Notes: generated by a model not told the origin, from the letters alone. A stretch of DNA of 64,000 nucleotides from the human T2T-CHM13v2.0 reference genome, Homo sapiens (GCF_009914755.1 NC_060945.1), one strand, 5' to 3'. Counted from the stretch's first letter, positions 13,290 through 29,769 are shown. Program-made: numbers and translations.

Positions 13290-13731
13290 TCAGTTGCATG
13301 AATATATATAGGTTTATTGTAAGGAATTGGCTCATGTGGTTATGGAGGCTAAGAGGTCCCAGGACCTGCAGTCAGCAAGCTGGAGAACCAGGACTGCCAA
13401 TGTTGGAGTTCCAGTCCAAGCCTAACGTCCTGAGAACCAGGGAAGCTGATGGCATAAGTTACAGTCCACGTCTGACTTCAAAGGCGAGAGAAAGTCTATG
13501 TCTCAGCTCTGAAATCATCAAAGAGAGTGAATTCTCTCTTCCTCTACCCTTGTGTTTTATTTGGGATTTAATGGATTGGATGAGGCCCACTCACACTGGG
13601 GAGGGCAACTACTTTACTAAGTCTACATATTCAAATGTTCGTCTCATCAAGGAACACCCTCACAGACACATCCAGTGTGTTTAACCAAATATCTAGGCAA
13701 CCCAACTTGGCAAATAAAATTAACCATCATA
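13290..13731 (-). mobile_element. MLT2-type (HERV-L) LTR
   Basis: Minus strand starts TATGATGGTTAATTTTATTTGCCAAGTTGGG; typical gaattggctcatgtggttatggaggct and gattggatgaggcccactcacactggggagggcaa blocks. Confidence 0.8.
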
Positions 13732-13762
13732 AGGTGAAAGAGGTATACAATCTGAAGAGAAA

Positions 13763-16320
13763 CCAGGAATGCAGGATGGTTAAACATCTGCAAGTCAATA
13801 AATGTGATACACCATATAAACAGAATTAAAAACAAAAATCACATGATCCTCTCAATACATGCAGAAAAAGGATTTGACAAAATCCATCATCCCTTTATGC
13901 CTAAAACCCTCAGCAAAATTGACATAGAAAAAGCATTTGACAAAATCCAGAATCCCTTTATGATTAAAACCCTCAGCAAAATCAACATCGAAGGGACATA
14001 CCTTAAGGTAATAAAAGCCATATATGACAAACACACAGCCAACATTATATGGAATGGGGAAAAGTTGAAAGCATTCCCCCTGAGAACTGGAACAAGACAA
14101 TGATGCCAACTTTCACCACTTCTATTCAACATAGTACTGGAAGTCCTCGCCAGAGCAATCAGATAAGAGAAATAAAGGGCATCCAAATAGGTAAAGAGGA
14201 AGTCGAACTGTCACTCTTTGCTGATGACATGATCATATACCTAGAAAACCCTAAAGACTCATCCCAAAAGCTACTAGAACTGGTAAATGATTTCAGCAAA
14301 GTTTCAGGATAAAAAATTAATGTACACAAGTCAGTGGCTCTGCTATACAGTAATAGTGAACAAGCTGAGAATTAAACAAAAAACTCACTCCCTTTTACAA
14401 TAGCTGCAATAAAACCCTTAGGAATATTATAATTCCTATAATTATAATAGTATATTCCTATAATTGTCAATTGCATGCAATCTTTGCAGACAAAATCTTA
14501 ATTATATCCAGAATACTTAACCAAAGAGACAAAAGACCTCTACAAGGAAAACTACAAAACACTGCTGATAGAGATCATAGATACAAACAAATGGAAACAC
14601 ATCCCATGCTCACAGATGGGGAAAATCAATATTGTGAAAATACCATACTGCCAAAAGCAATCTACAAACTCAATGCAATCCCCATTAAAGTACCAACATC
14701 AGTCTTCACAGAACTACAAAAATTCACACAGAACTAAAAAAGACACAGAAGGGACATAACTTAAGGTAGTAAAAGCCTAGAACCAAAAAAGAGTCTGTAT
14801 AGCCAAAGCAAGACTAAGCAAAAATAACAAATCTAGAAGCCGACTTCAAACTATACTAGAAGGCCATAGTCACCAAAACAGCATGGTACTGGTATAAAAA
14901 TAGCCATAAAGATCAATGGAACATAATAGAGAACACAGAAATAAAGCCAAATACTTACAGTCATCTAATCTTCAACAAAACAAACAAAAACATAAAGCAG
15001 AGAAAGAATACCCTATTCAACAAATGGTGCTGAGATAAATGTCAAGCCACACATAGAAGAATGAAAGTGGATGCTCATTTCTCACCCTATTCGAAAATCA
15101 ACTCAAGATGGATTAAGGACTTAAATCTAATACCTGAAACCATAAAAATTCTAGAAGACGACATTGGAAAAAACCGTCTAGACATTGGCTTAGGCAAAGA
15201 CTTCATGACCAATAACCCAAAAAGCAAATGCAACTAAAACAAAGATAAATAGATGAGACTTAATTAAACTAAAAGTCTTCTGCGCAGTAAGAGAAATAAT
15301 CAGCAGAGTAAACAGATAACCTACAGAGTGGGAGAAAATCTTCACAATCTGTACTTCTGATTAAAGGACTAATACCCAGAATCTGCAAGAACTCAAACAA
15401 ACCAGCAAGAAAAACATCCCATCAAAAAGTGGGCTATGGACATGAACAGACAATTCTTAAAAGAAGATAAGCAACTGGCCAACAAACATGAAAAAATGCT
15501 CAGCATAACTAATTATCAGGGAAATGCAAATCAAAACCATAATACAATATGATATCCCTTCACTCCTGCAAGAATGGTCATAATCAAAAAATCAAAAACT
15601 AATAGATGTTGACATGGATGTGATAAAAAGGGAACACTTTTACACTTTTTTGAGGGAATGTTAACTAGTACAACAGCTATGGAAAACAGTGAAGAGATTT
15701 CCAAAGAAGTAAAAGCAGATCTATCATTTGATCCAGTAATTCCACTCCTGGGTATCTACTCAGAGGAAAATAAGTCATTATGTGAAAAAGATACTTGCAC
15801 ACACATGTTTATAGCAGCACAATATGCAATTAGAAGAATTTGAAACCAGCCTAAATGCCTATCAATCAGTAAGTGGATAAAGAAAATGTAGTATAAATAT
15901 TTACCACATGGAATACTACTCAGCCATAAGATGGAATGAAATAATGCATTCACAGCAACCTGGATGAAACTGGACACCATTATTCTAAATGAATCAACTT
16001 AGGAATGGAAAACCAAACATTGTATGTTCTCATTCATAAGTGAGAGCTAAGCTATGAGGATGCAAAGGCATAAGAATGATACAATGGTCTTCGGAGACTC
16101 AGGGAAAGGCTGGGAGTGGTGGGGTGGGTGCGGTGAGGGATAAAACACTACACAATGGGTACAGTGTACACTGCTTGGGTGATGCGTGCACCACAAATCT
16201 CAGAAATCGCCACTAAACAACTTATTCCTGTAACCAAAAACCACCTGTTTCCCAAAAACCTATTGAAATAAAAAGAAAACCAACATATTCCCCAAAAACC
16301 TATTGCAATAAAAAAAATTA
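13763..16320 (+). mobile_element. 5'-truncated L1PB-type LINE-1 (ORF2 RT/C-terminal remnant and 3'UTR)
   Basis: ORF2 peptides ([30 protein letters not shown]) and L1PB 3' end gggtacagtgtacactgcttgggtgatg...cccaaaaacctattgaaataaaa; many stops. Confidence 0.9.
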
Positions 16321-16575
16321 ACCACAATATTAGGCATTGGGTATGAGGGCCTGAATGGATGGGAGCACTGCAGTCACATTACAGTAATCCACTGTGAAAC
16401 ACTATTTATTATTTGCAGGTTTAAGAACAGGCCAAATTCTACTGCTAAACGTTGAAGCAATGAGGATGATCACCCCTTCACTAATTAATTAGGTATTATA
16501 TAATACGTTTTATTTATTTGAAGTCATGTTGTAATTTATGTTGGATCATATTTGATAATTTATCAAGATGGGGAG

Positions 16576-16897
16576 GCTAGGCACGATGGCTCACACCTGT
16601 AATCCCAGAGCTTTGGGAGGCCAAGGCAGGAGGATTGCTTGAAGCCAGAAGTTAGAGACCAGCCTAGGCAACATAGCAAGACTCCACTTCTATAATTTTT
16701 TTTAACTGGCTGTGCTGGTGCATGCCTGTAATCCCAGCTACTTGGAAGGCTGAAATGGGAGGATTGCTTGAGCCCAGGAGTTCAAGGCAGCAGTGAGCTA
16801 TCATTGTGCCACCGCACTTCATTCAGCCTGGGTAATGGAGCAAGACCCCATCTCTAAAAAAAATGAAAAATTAAAAATAAATCAAATAAAAAAAAAC
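16576..16897 (+). mobile_element. Alu (AluJ-like)
   Basis: Diverged dimer with A-rich tail. Confidence 0.9.
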
Positions 16898-17369
16898 AGG
16901 AGAGGGAGTTCTGTAAGGTTACGTTTGGTGAAGTCAATGTGTAAGCTCAAATGATTTAATATCAATTTGTTACTCATTAGGTAAGAGCATCCAGGTCCCC
17001 TACGAACAAAGCCTTCTATGACTACGGGAAATTTAGTCAAGGTAACAAATGTGAGGCATAACTATGTGTCCTCTATTCTAGATGCAGTTACTCTGCTAGG
17101 ATTAGGGGATGCAATGTTTAAATTTAGTGAAATCTCAGGTATAACAAAGTTTGAGCTCCAGTGTTGATTAAGTTTGTGAAGGTATGCCAATTGGTAGATT
17201 TCAGCAGATGTTAAAATTGATTCGAATATATGCTGGAGAGTTACAAATACCAATCAGCACCCTTTTACCTTTGGACTGTATAAGTTATTTTAGAAAATAT
17301 TACATTTCCAATTAGGTCAGATGATAGACTTCCGTTTTAATTTACATTTTGTTTTTGTGCATATCCAAG

Positions 17370-17729
17370 TTCCTTCCCTTCCTTCCTTCCTTCCTTGCTT
17401 CCCTCCTTCCTTCCTTCCATCTTTCCTTCCTTCCTTCCCTCTTTCCTTCCTTCATTCCTTCCCTCTTTCCTTCCTTCATTCCTTCCCTCTTTCCTTCCTT
17501 TTCTTCCTTCCCTCCTTACTTCCCTCTCTCCTTCCTTCCTTCCCTCCCTCCCTCCTTCCTTCCCTCTCTCCTTCCTTCTTTCCTTCCTTCCTTCCTGCCC
17601 TCCTTCCCTCTCTCCTTCCTTCATTCCTTCCTTCCCTCTCTCCTTCCTTCCTTCCATCCCTACCTCCCTCCCTCCCTTCCTTTCTTCCCTCTCTCCTTCC
17701 TTCCCTCCTTCCTTCCTTCCCTCTCTCTC
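17370..17729. repeat. (TTCC)n/(TCCC)n polypyrimidine tract
   Basis: ~360 bp of almost only C/T on the + strand. Confidence 0.96.
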
Positions 17730-18591
17730 ATTTTTTTGCCACTGGATATTGGGAAGGTTGTTCTCTTTCCCACTCATATTTATAATTTCTTTCTTTGAAA
17801 CAGCCCCAAATTAGTATCTTCAGAGTTAAGGTCCTCCTTGTGAGCAGATTGTGTGGTTTAAGAACCCTAGACTTAAGTCAGGTTTGGATTTCTCCCTTCT
17901 CTCTGCCTCAGGGGTACCACAGGTGTCTTTTCCTATAACCCTGGGAATTAGATCTTTGTTGTGGCAGAATCATAAGTCACAGAGCGATGCAGCACAACCA
18001 GCCCACAATTCAGGGGTCAGTGGATTGAAATCACCTTCTGCTACGGCTCCATCTGGTTCTTCCAGAACTTCCCTCCCCCCCTTTTTTTTCCTTTTGGGGT
18101 GTTGAAACTTTAGTGGTATATACATTGCCTCATAATTAGTAAAAACTCCCCTTATCCCACATCATGGATTAAAGAGAACATTGCCAGGAGCCCTTCATTC
18201 TTCTAGAAGGACTTTATTTGATAGGTAATTTTTCCATGGTTTAGAATAAAAGAGGTAATAACTAGAAATATCTCCCACATAATAGGCTCTACAGCAAATT
18301 CTACTTTAAAGGCTGTTGTTCATGTCTTTAACTGTGGCTGCCCTTAATGTTTTTGTCATCCACAGACAATTGTCTCATTTTGGTCCTCTTTAAATGATGG
18401 TTTTATAATCAGCTATAAAATTTAACAGATGACCTTAAATGCAGGATTCTGATTAACAACGCTGGAGATTGTGACATTAGAATAGAGGGAAAACTTTCAA
18501 CTAGAAGAGTGAATGATGTTTGGGCTACTTTGGACTGTATTTTTATAAATATGTTATTAATATGTGTTCCAAAATTATTGGAAACTTCTAT

Positions 18592-18937
18592 AGAAATGTA
18601 ATCTCCAGTGTCGGAGATGGGGCCTGCTGGAAGGCGGCGGGTCCACGGGAGCAGTTTCCAGTGGTTCCCACTGTCGGAGATGGGGCCTGCTGCGAGGTGG
18701 CTGGTCCATGGGAGCAGTTTCTAATGGACAAGCATAATTCCCCTAGCGCTGCTCTTGTGATAGAGTTCTCATGAGATCTTGTTGTTTAAAGTGTGTAGGA
18801 CCTTCCCCCTCTCTCTCTTCCTCCTGCTCTTGCTTTCCCTTCCACCATGATTATGAAGTCTGCTGAGGCCTCTGCAGAAGCTGAGCAGATGTCAGCATCA
18901 TGCTTGCTGTACAGGCTGTGGAACTGTGAGCCAATTT
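18592..18937 (+). mobile_element. MaLR (MST/THE1-like) LTR fragment with an internal 63-bp duplication
   Basis: tgtaatctccagtgtcggagatggggcc..., gagttctcatgagatcttgttgtttaaagtgtg, cagaagctgagcagatg. Confidence 0.8.
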
Positions 18938-18954
18938 TCAGTACTCTTGTTTTC

Positions 18955-19646
18955 TTTTTATTTTTTAAAATTTTATTTTAAGTTCCAGGATACATGTGCA
19001 GGACATGCAGGTTTGTTACGTAGGTAAACGTGCACTATGATGATTTGCTGTACCTATCAACCCACAGCCTAGGTGCCTAGGTATTAAGCCCCACATGCGT
19101 TAGCTATTTATCCTGATGCTCTTCTTCCCCATCCCCAATGACAGGCCCCATTGTGTGTTGTTCCCCTCCCTGTGTCCAGGTGTTCTCATTATTCAGCTCC
19201 CACTTATGAGTGAGAACATGTGGTGTTTGGTCTTCTGTTCCTGTATTAGTTTTCTGAAGATGATGGTTTCCAGATTCATTCATGTCCCTGCAAAAGACAT
19301 GATCTCATCCTTTTTATGGCTGCATAGTACTCCATGGCGTGTATGTACCACATTTTCTTTATCCAGTCTATCACTGATGGGCATTTGGATTGATTCCTTG
19401 TTTTTGCTAATGGGAATAGTGCTGCTATAAACATACGCGTGCATGCATCTTTATAATAGAATGAGTTATAGTCCTTTGGATATATACCCAGTAATGGGAT
19501 TTCTGGGTCAAATGGTATTTCTGGTTCTAGATCTTTGCAGAATTGCCAAACTGTCTTCCACAATGATTGAAGAAATTAACATTCCTACCAACAGTGCAAA
19601 AGAGTTTATTTCTCCACAGCCTTTCCAGCATCTGTTGTTTCTTGAC
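18955..19646 (-). mobile_element. L1PA 3' end (older, L1PA7/8-like)
   Basis: ttttattttaagttccaggatacatgtgcaggacatgcaggtttg antisense 3' end; ORF2 C-terminal peptide [20 protein letters not shown]. Confidence 0.88.
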
Positions 19647-23130
<3,484 letters not shown>

Positions 23131-23137
<7 letters not shown>

Positions 23138-23226
23138 TGTTTCTTGTATTTGATGATGAAAATCTGTTATTGACAGTCACCCGGCCTGTTTCTTGTATTT
23201 TATGTTGAAAATCTGTTATTGACAGT
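23131..23226. repeat. 49-bp tandem duplication spanning the Alu 5' end
   Basis: cccggcctgtttcttgtattt(g/t)atg(a/t)tgaaaatctgttattgacagt twice. Confidence 0.9.
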
Positions 23227-24446
23227 AAGAGCATGGGGGCTTAGGTTAACAACAAGGTGTGAGAAAAGCAGCAGTGAAATTTTGGTTCTCAAAACATTTG
23301 ATGTCTTATTCCTTTTTTTGAACATGGGTAATGCTAAAAAAGGCCAGCCATTTTGAAACTTGATTTTATTGTCATGTTCTTATTTTGAAATTCATCTTAT
23401 TGTTGGTACGAATTGGCAGCAGTATGTGGGAAATTTCAGTTTTGCATATTTTCAGATTATTTTCATTTTTACATCAGAGATTTTGAATAGATGCTATACA
23501 AAAGTATTAATTTATTTATTCAACAAAATTTAGTTCTGGTTATGTTGCAAGCACTTAGTGAACTTCATGCTGTACGTGCCTCAGATACTTTTGTGAATGT
23601 AATGGCAACATCAAAAACTTTGCCCTTATGCACCTTATAAACCTTTAATTTCAAGGCATGTTGAGAAGTGAGCATCTGCTATAACATTCTTTCATTGTCA
23701 TTTAATTAACCATTATTTGGGTATACCTTATATTAAAGCTGATTATTAAAAACTGGAAAATATTTAACACATCTTTATCTTGCCTTTTTCCTTAACATAT
23801 GTAGATCAAGAGAGTCACTGAGAATCAATTTTAGGGATAGTTATAAAAATCTTAACTTTGCAACTATAACTTTGTCCTCAATGTAATAACTGGAAAAATA
23901 ATTTACGTTTCAAAGGCTTTAATCTTTGTATTTTTTTGAAAAGGAGCCTTCACTGAGATTCTTTAAAAATTCTTGCTCTGTCCTACAGTAGAGACTGACA
24001 GACTCATGGATATGGTCCTCTAATGGATCTGTACCACCTCAGTTCTCTGATTGTCGCCCTCCTGTGGTGAAAATTAAAGCTTATTTTCATTTCATGTCTT
24101 GCATGTAGTATGTTCTTGTTGGGAAAAAATGATGTTTCTTGCAAAATAAGTGCCTTCAGTATCACTGTGTGTCACTTAATAAATATGACTAATATCTACT
24201 TTTACCAGTTGCTGCAATTTGATCCGTAAACAGCCATCTTTAAATTATACTTTTTCTTTGGTTAAAGAGAATACTTATAATAGACATTAATTATTTTTAC
24301 ATAATTTTCTTATGTGGACAGACATTCTTAGAACTAAAACTTTCAGATGTTTATATTACAAGTGCAATTATTATTATTATTAATGTCAGTAGCCAAATGT
24401 AGTCAACTCTCATCCTTTTACTTCCTTTTTTCAATCAAAATGTTAC

Positions 24447-24702
24447 ACTTATACAAGCAAGAGCAACAGCTCTATATCTGGATCACTGCAGTGCCTAGAA
24501 GATACAACAGCACAATTTACAAATCCAAATTTCCAGGAAGTCTCTGCACATACCTCTAGTACAAAAGATGTTTCAGAGACTAGAGGGTCAGAGGGCAAAG
24601 AGAGGAAATATTCAACTCCCAGTTCAGGTCAAAAGGGAAGAAGGCCTGGTGTTGAAAGAAATCCAAGAATGACTGTGTCTGCAACTCGCTCCTTTCTGTA
24701 AA
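24447..24702 (+). pseudogene. MLLT10: Isolated MLLT10 (AF10)-derived exon, MLLT10P-type fragment
   Basis: Translates as TYTSKSNSSISGSLQCLEDTTAQFTNPNFQEVSAHTSSTKDVSETRGSEGKERKYSTPSSGQKGRRPGVERNPRMTVSATRSFL*, matching recalled AF10 TYTSTSNNSISGSLKRLEDTTARFTNANFQEVSAHTSSGKDVSETRGSEGKGKK. Donor gtatt at 24703, acceptor AG missing, TAA at 24699. Confidence 0.88.
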
Positions 24703-25444
24703 GTATTCATGGTGTTTTACTTAAAATATTTGCTCTTATGATGGTCAATAATACTAATAGTTATGCTTTGTAAAAGAATTTCTTCTTTACTTATAATTAG
24801 TGGATCATTCTAAGTTATTATATGTTTAGTTGCTATAGTAAGATGATGTGAAAGATTTGTTGCCTGTGAAATGTTTCTGGGATCTTTGCTTTATTTCTAT
24901 ATTATGATCTGTGCTTCCAAAGTTGAGCTGCAAATTTACTGTTTATACAAATGTAGAATAAACCTTAAGTTCGGGGAGGAAAATAAAAGCTAGAGTTTTC
25001 CTTTCAGCTATAGAGCAGTAATTTATTTCTATAAATGCTCTTTATGTAGCTTTCCTAGTTCCACATTTAAAAAGATAAATATTGGGATCTACATAGGTCT
25101 CAGTAAATAATAGTTCTTGATTAATAATGCATTTATTATAAAGCTTGAAGTTTAAAGTATAATTTTGTTCAGCCTACATATCTTTTATGGTCAGGCTGCT
25201 ATAATTGTGTAATACCCAGTTAAATTTCAATTTCAGATAAACAAGGAATAATATTTTAGTATAATCATGTCCCAAATATTGCATGGGATAGACTTACACT
25301 GAGAAAAGTATTTGTTTATCTGAAATTTCAAATTAACTGGGCATGCTATATTTTCTGTGGCAACCTGTTTTATAGAGAACAGAGTAAGTCAGCTAAATTT
25401 TAGAATACTTAACTCTAACCTGGTGTTCTAGGTCTTTCCTTTTT

Positions 25445-25963
25445 GTAATTATTATTATTATTTGGAGTCAGGGTCGTGCTCCATCACCCAGGCTGGAGTG
25501 CAGTGACACAATCACAGTGCCCTGCAGCCTTGAGCTTCTGGGCTCAAGTGATTCTGGCACCTCTGCCTTTGCCTCCCAAGTAGCTAGTACCACGGGTACG
25601 TGGGCCCAGCTATTTTTTTTTTTCTTCTCATAGAGACAGGGTCTCAGGCTGGTCTGGAACTCCTGGGCTCAAGCAATCCTCCCACCTCTGCCTTCACTTC
25701 CCAAATAGCTGAGACCACAGGCACACGCCACCACCATACCCAGCTTATTTTTTATCAGGTTGGTGCTAGAGTAATTGCGGGTTTTGCCATTGAAAGTAAT
25801 GGCAAAACCCGCAATTACTTTTTACACCACCCTAATAATTTTTTGTGGAGACAGGGTCTTGCCTTGTTGTGTAGGCTGGTTTCCAAATCCTGGGCTCAAG
25901 TGACCCTCCTGCCTTGGCCTCTAAAAGTTCTGGGATTACAGATGGGAGCCACTGCACCAAGCT
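25445..25963 (-). mobile_element. Composite three-monomer AluJ-like element containing MADE1
   Basis: Three ctgggctcaag monomers separated by T-rich linkers. Confidence 0.8.
25755..25835. mobile_element. MADE1 (Hsmar1-derived MITE), palindromic
   Basis: tcaggttggtgctagagtaattgcgggttttgccatt-gaaagt-aatggcaaaacccgcaattactttttacaccaccctaa flanked by TA on both sides. Confidence 0.93.
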
Positions 25964-27299
25964 ACTTTGTATAATTTTTAACATAAATATTTTGAGAAAT
26001 AGAAATGTTAAAACCATTGGAGGAAAATTATTGTAAAGTATATATAAAAAAAATCAAACAAAATACAACAAATACAACAAAAAATTATCAAAATTTTCAG
26101 AGGAACAAAACAAAATCTAGTTTTACAATCTTCAGAATTCAATCCCATTATATCAAACATGTAAAGAAACATATTCAAAGAAAAAGGCAATGAATAGAGA
26201 CTGACCTCGAGACGACCCAGATGTTGGAATTAGTGTGGATTTTTAAAGTAGTTCTTGTAATTCTTACTAAAATCAAAACCCCAAAAACCCTTAAAATAAA
26301 TGGATAGTAAATCACAGCAGAGAAGAAACTACAATAATAACAAAGACTCAAGTGGAAATTCCAGAAGTGAGAAAGTTTTCAAAATTAAAAAATAATAATC
26401 AGTTGTGTTCAGGAGCAGCTTGGAGGTGGTAAAGAGTCAATGAACCTTAAAATACAATTGAAATGATTCAATCTGAAAAATGTGAGCAGTCATAGGTTGG
26501 GGTGAGGGAGCTTTTCCTTTGGTTAGTGCTTTTAGGTAATCTTGGTTTTGATAAGATTACTAGACTGATCCGTCAGGGGCATGCTAAGCCAGAGTTTATT
26601 TTGGTTTCAGTAGTGCTTTAAACAAACTCATATCCTTGTGTACAAGATGGAAGAAGAGTGGACCAGATGACAATATTTAGATGCAGTCATTCTTAACCTC
26701 CGTTGCTCTCCCAGTGGTCTAGCTGGGGTTTGTATAAAGTGGAATGGGAGGAATAGGGAAGGAGCCCCCACCTACCCTCTCCCCTTGTCCACTTGTCCTC
26801 CTTCACTAGTGGATAAAGTCCACGGGAACAGGCAAGTTATTTTAAATCTGTATCTTCTGTTGTCAAGATCTGTAATCAGTTCTGCTCGCTGGACTGGGGA
26901 GAGGAACCAAGGGAACATGAGGGTGAATGGGTTGACATGGAGTCCAGGAACACACTGTGCCTACATGCAGAATGTTTGTGACAGGAAAGCCAGTCAGCAG
27001 GCAGATGGTCTCAGATACCAAGCTAGTGTTGGGAAGCAAGATCCAGTCTCTTGAAGGCGGTGTTCCTCATTCTGTGGTTTGTATCACTTGCTTCAGAATG
27101 ACCTGGAGTACTTGTTAAAATGCAAATTTTGAGCCCAATCCTAGACCTCCTAAGCCTGCATCTCTACGGATGGGTCTCAGTAGTCGATATTGGAAACGTG
27201 CAGGTCCCTAGGAGATGCTTATGCATATAGATTTGAACTGTTGTGTTTAAGGGTTAGGGAGCTGGCAAAACCAAGGAAAAGACCAAGCCCTTGGGTGGG

Positions 27300-27456
27300 A
27301 AGGCTCCATAACCTTGGCACTGTTAGCATTCTGAGCGGAACGGGATTCTGCCACATGCTTCGCAGCAACCCTAGCCTCTACTCTCTAACACCATATTCCA
27401 GTTGTGAAAACCAAAAATGTCCCCTGGGAGGCAAAACAGTCACCAGTTAGGAACCG
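27300..27456 (+). mobile_element. MER20-like hAT remnant, preceded by a MER5-like remnant at ~27055-27242
   Basis: ccagttgtgaaaaccaaaaatgtcccctgggaggcaaaa; cagaatgacctggagtacttgttaaaatgcaaatt. Confidence 0.6.
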
Positions 27457-28499
27457 GAACCACTGCTTTGTGAGATCAGAGTGGTTACTTTGTTCCCAAT
27501 CCAAGGATCAGAACACACGATGGGAGAAAGTCCAGCTATTGGAACTGGAGTGCCAAGTTGAAGCTAGACCTACAACAAAAGCTCCAAAAGCTCCTTTATA
27601 GGGCTGATCCCATGCCTCAGCTACCTAGCTTGTACAGACGCCATGTAACTCTAGATTTGGTGACAGAAGGAATTTAAAGGCTAGAACTAGATAGGGTATT
27701 TCAGGTTAGGCCAGCACACAACGTGGACTTTTGACATCATCCAGATGCTTGAACCAACCTTAGTCGTGAGGCAGAATTTCCCGTGGCATCTGATACACAG
27801 CCTGGATTTGGAGCACTCACTGGGATTAGAAGCCACAGGAATATTGTGTTTAGGAACTCTGAAAGAGACAGGCTTCAACAAAGCAGACCTAAGCAACATG
27901 TAGCGTCTGAACTTCTTTATCAGCTTCCATTCCAGCCCACGAGGACAAAAGCATCACATACATATCTACTGTGGCAAAATTGTCCTCAGTAGAAAGTTTC
28001 CCCAGTACTACTCTCCCCTCTGTTCTGAGCCTACTTGCTCCTTTGTAATGTTTCCACTTTCTGTCCCACTCCCTAATAGATGATTTGTCCTCTCTGCCCA
28101 GCCCCTAGTTCTGATATTTGGATTTTCTGTGATCTGGGTAGTACTTAGGAGGTGGAATCAAAGCCTTGTTGATTGGATTGGGAGTTTCTAACTTCCTATT
28201 AAAGGCACTGATTAAGCATCTATTGTATAAATAAAGTAAGATTATGATCCAGTAAGAAAGATTCCACAAGTAGCGCAGGAAGAATTGGTTTCTAGTACAC
28301 TTCATGCTTCAGGACAGGAAATCCAGAAAAAAATTCTGTGGTACGTTAAGTGTGTACTGTAAGTTTCATTTCCATGTGAAAAACTGTAGTTAGCTAAAAA
28401 GTACATCCATGAAGAATCCTGATTAAACTTGTTTAATCCTGGTTAAACTAGCTACTAGCTAAACAATAATTTCACAACAACTCAAGAACTCTGTAAAAG

Positions 28500-28601
28500 C
28501 ATTTCCTCTGAATAGTTTATTCAGAAAAAAACACAAAAAGATAAGACAGAAACAAAAATTCCAGTCATCTTCAGTATCTGTAGGCTTTCAATTTGGTTCT
28601 C
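28500..28601 (-). pseudogene. FRG1: FRG1 paralog exon 9 with 3'UTR; acceptor damaged, stop two codons early
   Basis: Reads (R)RTKLKAYRY* with TGA at 28571-28573; the ancestral TGA is at 28565-28567. Exon is preceded by ...aaacaa rather than AG. Confidence 0.88.
28516..28521 (-). terminator. Polyadenylation signal AATAAA of the FRG1 paralog
   Basis: tttatt on the + strand, ~45 nt past the ancestral stop codon. Confidence 0.7.
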
Positions 28602-29769
28602 TTGTTTAAACAAAGAAAAATAGTAAAATTAATCTATGTAAAACATGCCATATATATTCAACTGCTACTAAATACAAAAAGCTTTAAAACTGTGTGTTCA
28701 ATTTTGGTTATTGTATTACCACAACACTTATATTAAAAAATGTATACTTTTAAATTTCGTTTCTATAAAGTGGATTCTAATCTTATAAAAGTTATTTCCT
28801 AATATTCAATAAATGTTGCCTAAGGGCTTTTCAATCTAAATAGCAATTTTAATTATTCCAGAATTTAAGGGTGCTCTAAGTTTCCATTTAACAGGGGAGA
28901 ATGCTGTATTATTACAAGTGAAAAAAGTTACAGGACACAGAGCTTATTCCGTTTTAGAGTCCACATCCTGATTATATTTTATATCCTCTTCTTGATTTCT
29001 TACAACTAGATACATATTCATTTGCTCAGCTGGAAAAAATTCTTAACATTATTTACTGACTTTAGGTATGAACTCTACCAGCTAGTTAACAGGAAATATG
29101 TAATTAAACATTGCCTTTATCAAGTAATGTAAATAAAGGGTAAAAGTAACTTTGCAACATAGGACTTGAATGAGCAGCTGGTGATTATCAAAATCTGGCA
29201 CTTAATTGATTTATACTTGTACACTCACAGCTAAACGTCTCTACCTGTTTTTCTATGTTGTAAATCTAGGACATCACTTATCTACATAGGAAGAGTAATA
29301 AATATTAATAATGTGCTATGATAAACATCCTGCACTCTTCCAAATCTTACAATAAAACTGCTTCAATTTCACTTATTTAGCTTTTATACTTAGTTTTTTA
29401 GTTGATCTATGCTTACTTTAAGGAACCTGAACTACTCTAACAGAATCCACATAATTTTTATATTAGTCAAACTGCTTCTTTCTAACTCGGTTCTAATAGT
29501 TATAAAAAGAAAATGATAAATTTATGAAGTAGATAGAGTCAAACCTGAATTTCTTAAAGTATATACTTAGAATCGGTTATAATTTTTAGATATTCTTTCT
29601 TGACAGTCTTTTCCCAAACTCATGATGTCCTCTCTAGGTAATATTGCCACACTCATAAATTAGAAATAAAGACAAAAATGTGAAAACTACAGTAATTTAA
29701 GAGAATATAGGTTTTCTACATGCCATTTCTATTGGCTACTGAAAATAGTGAAAATAAGTAAATAGCTAC

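Noticed and set aside
17321-17814. PSFL- and EGRK-repeat ORFs
   Set aside because: Translations of the (TTCC)n tract.
24347-24559. 70-aa ORF as a gene
   Set aside because: It overlaps the MLLT10-like exon in a different frame; the homologous frame starts at 24447 and has no ATG or acceptor.
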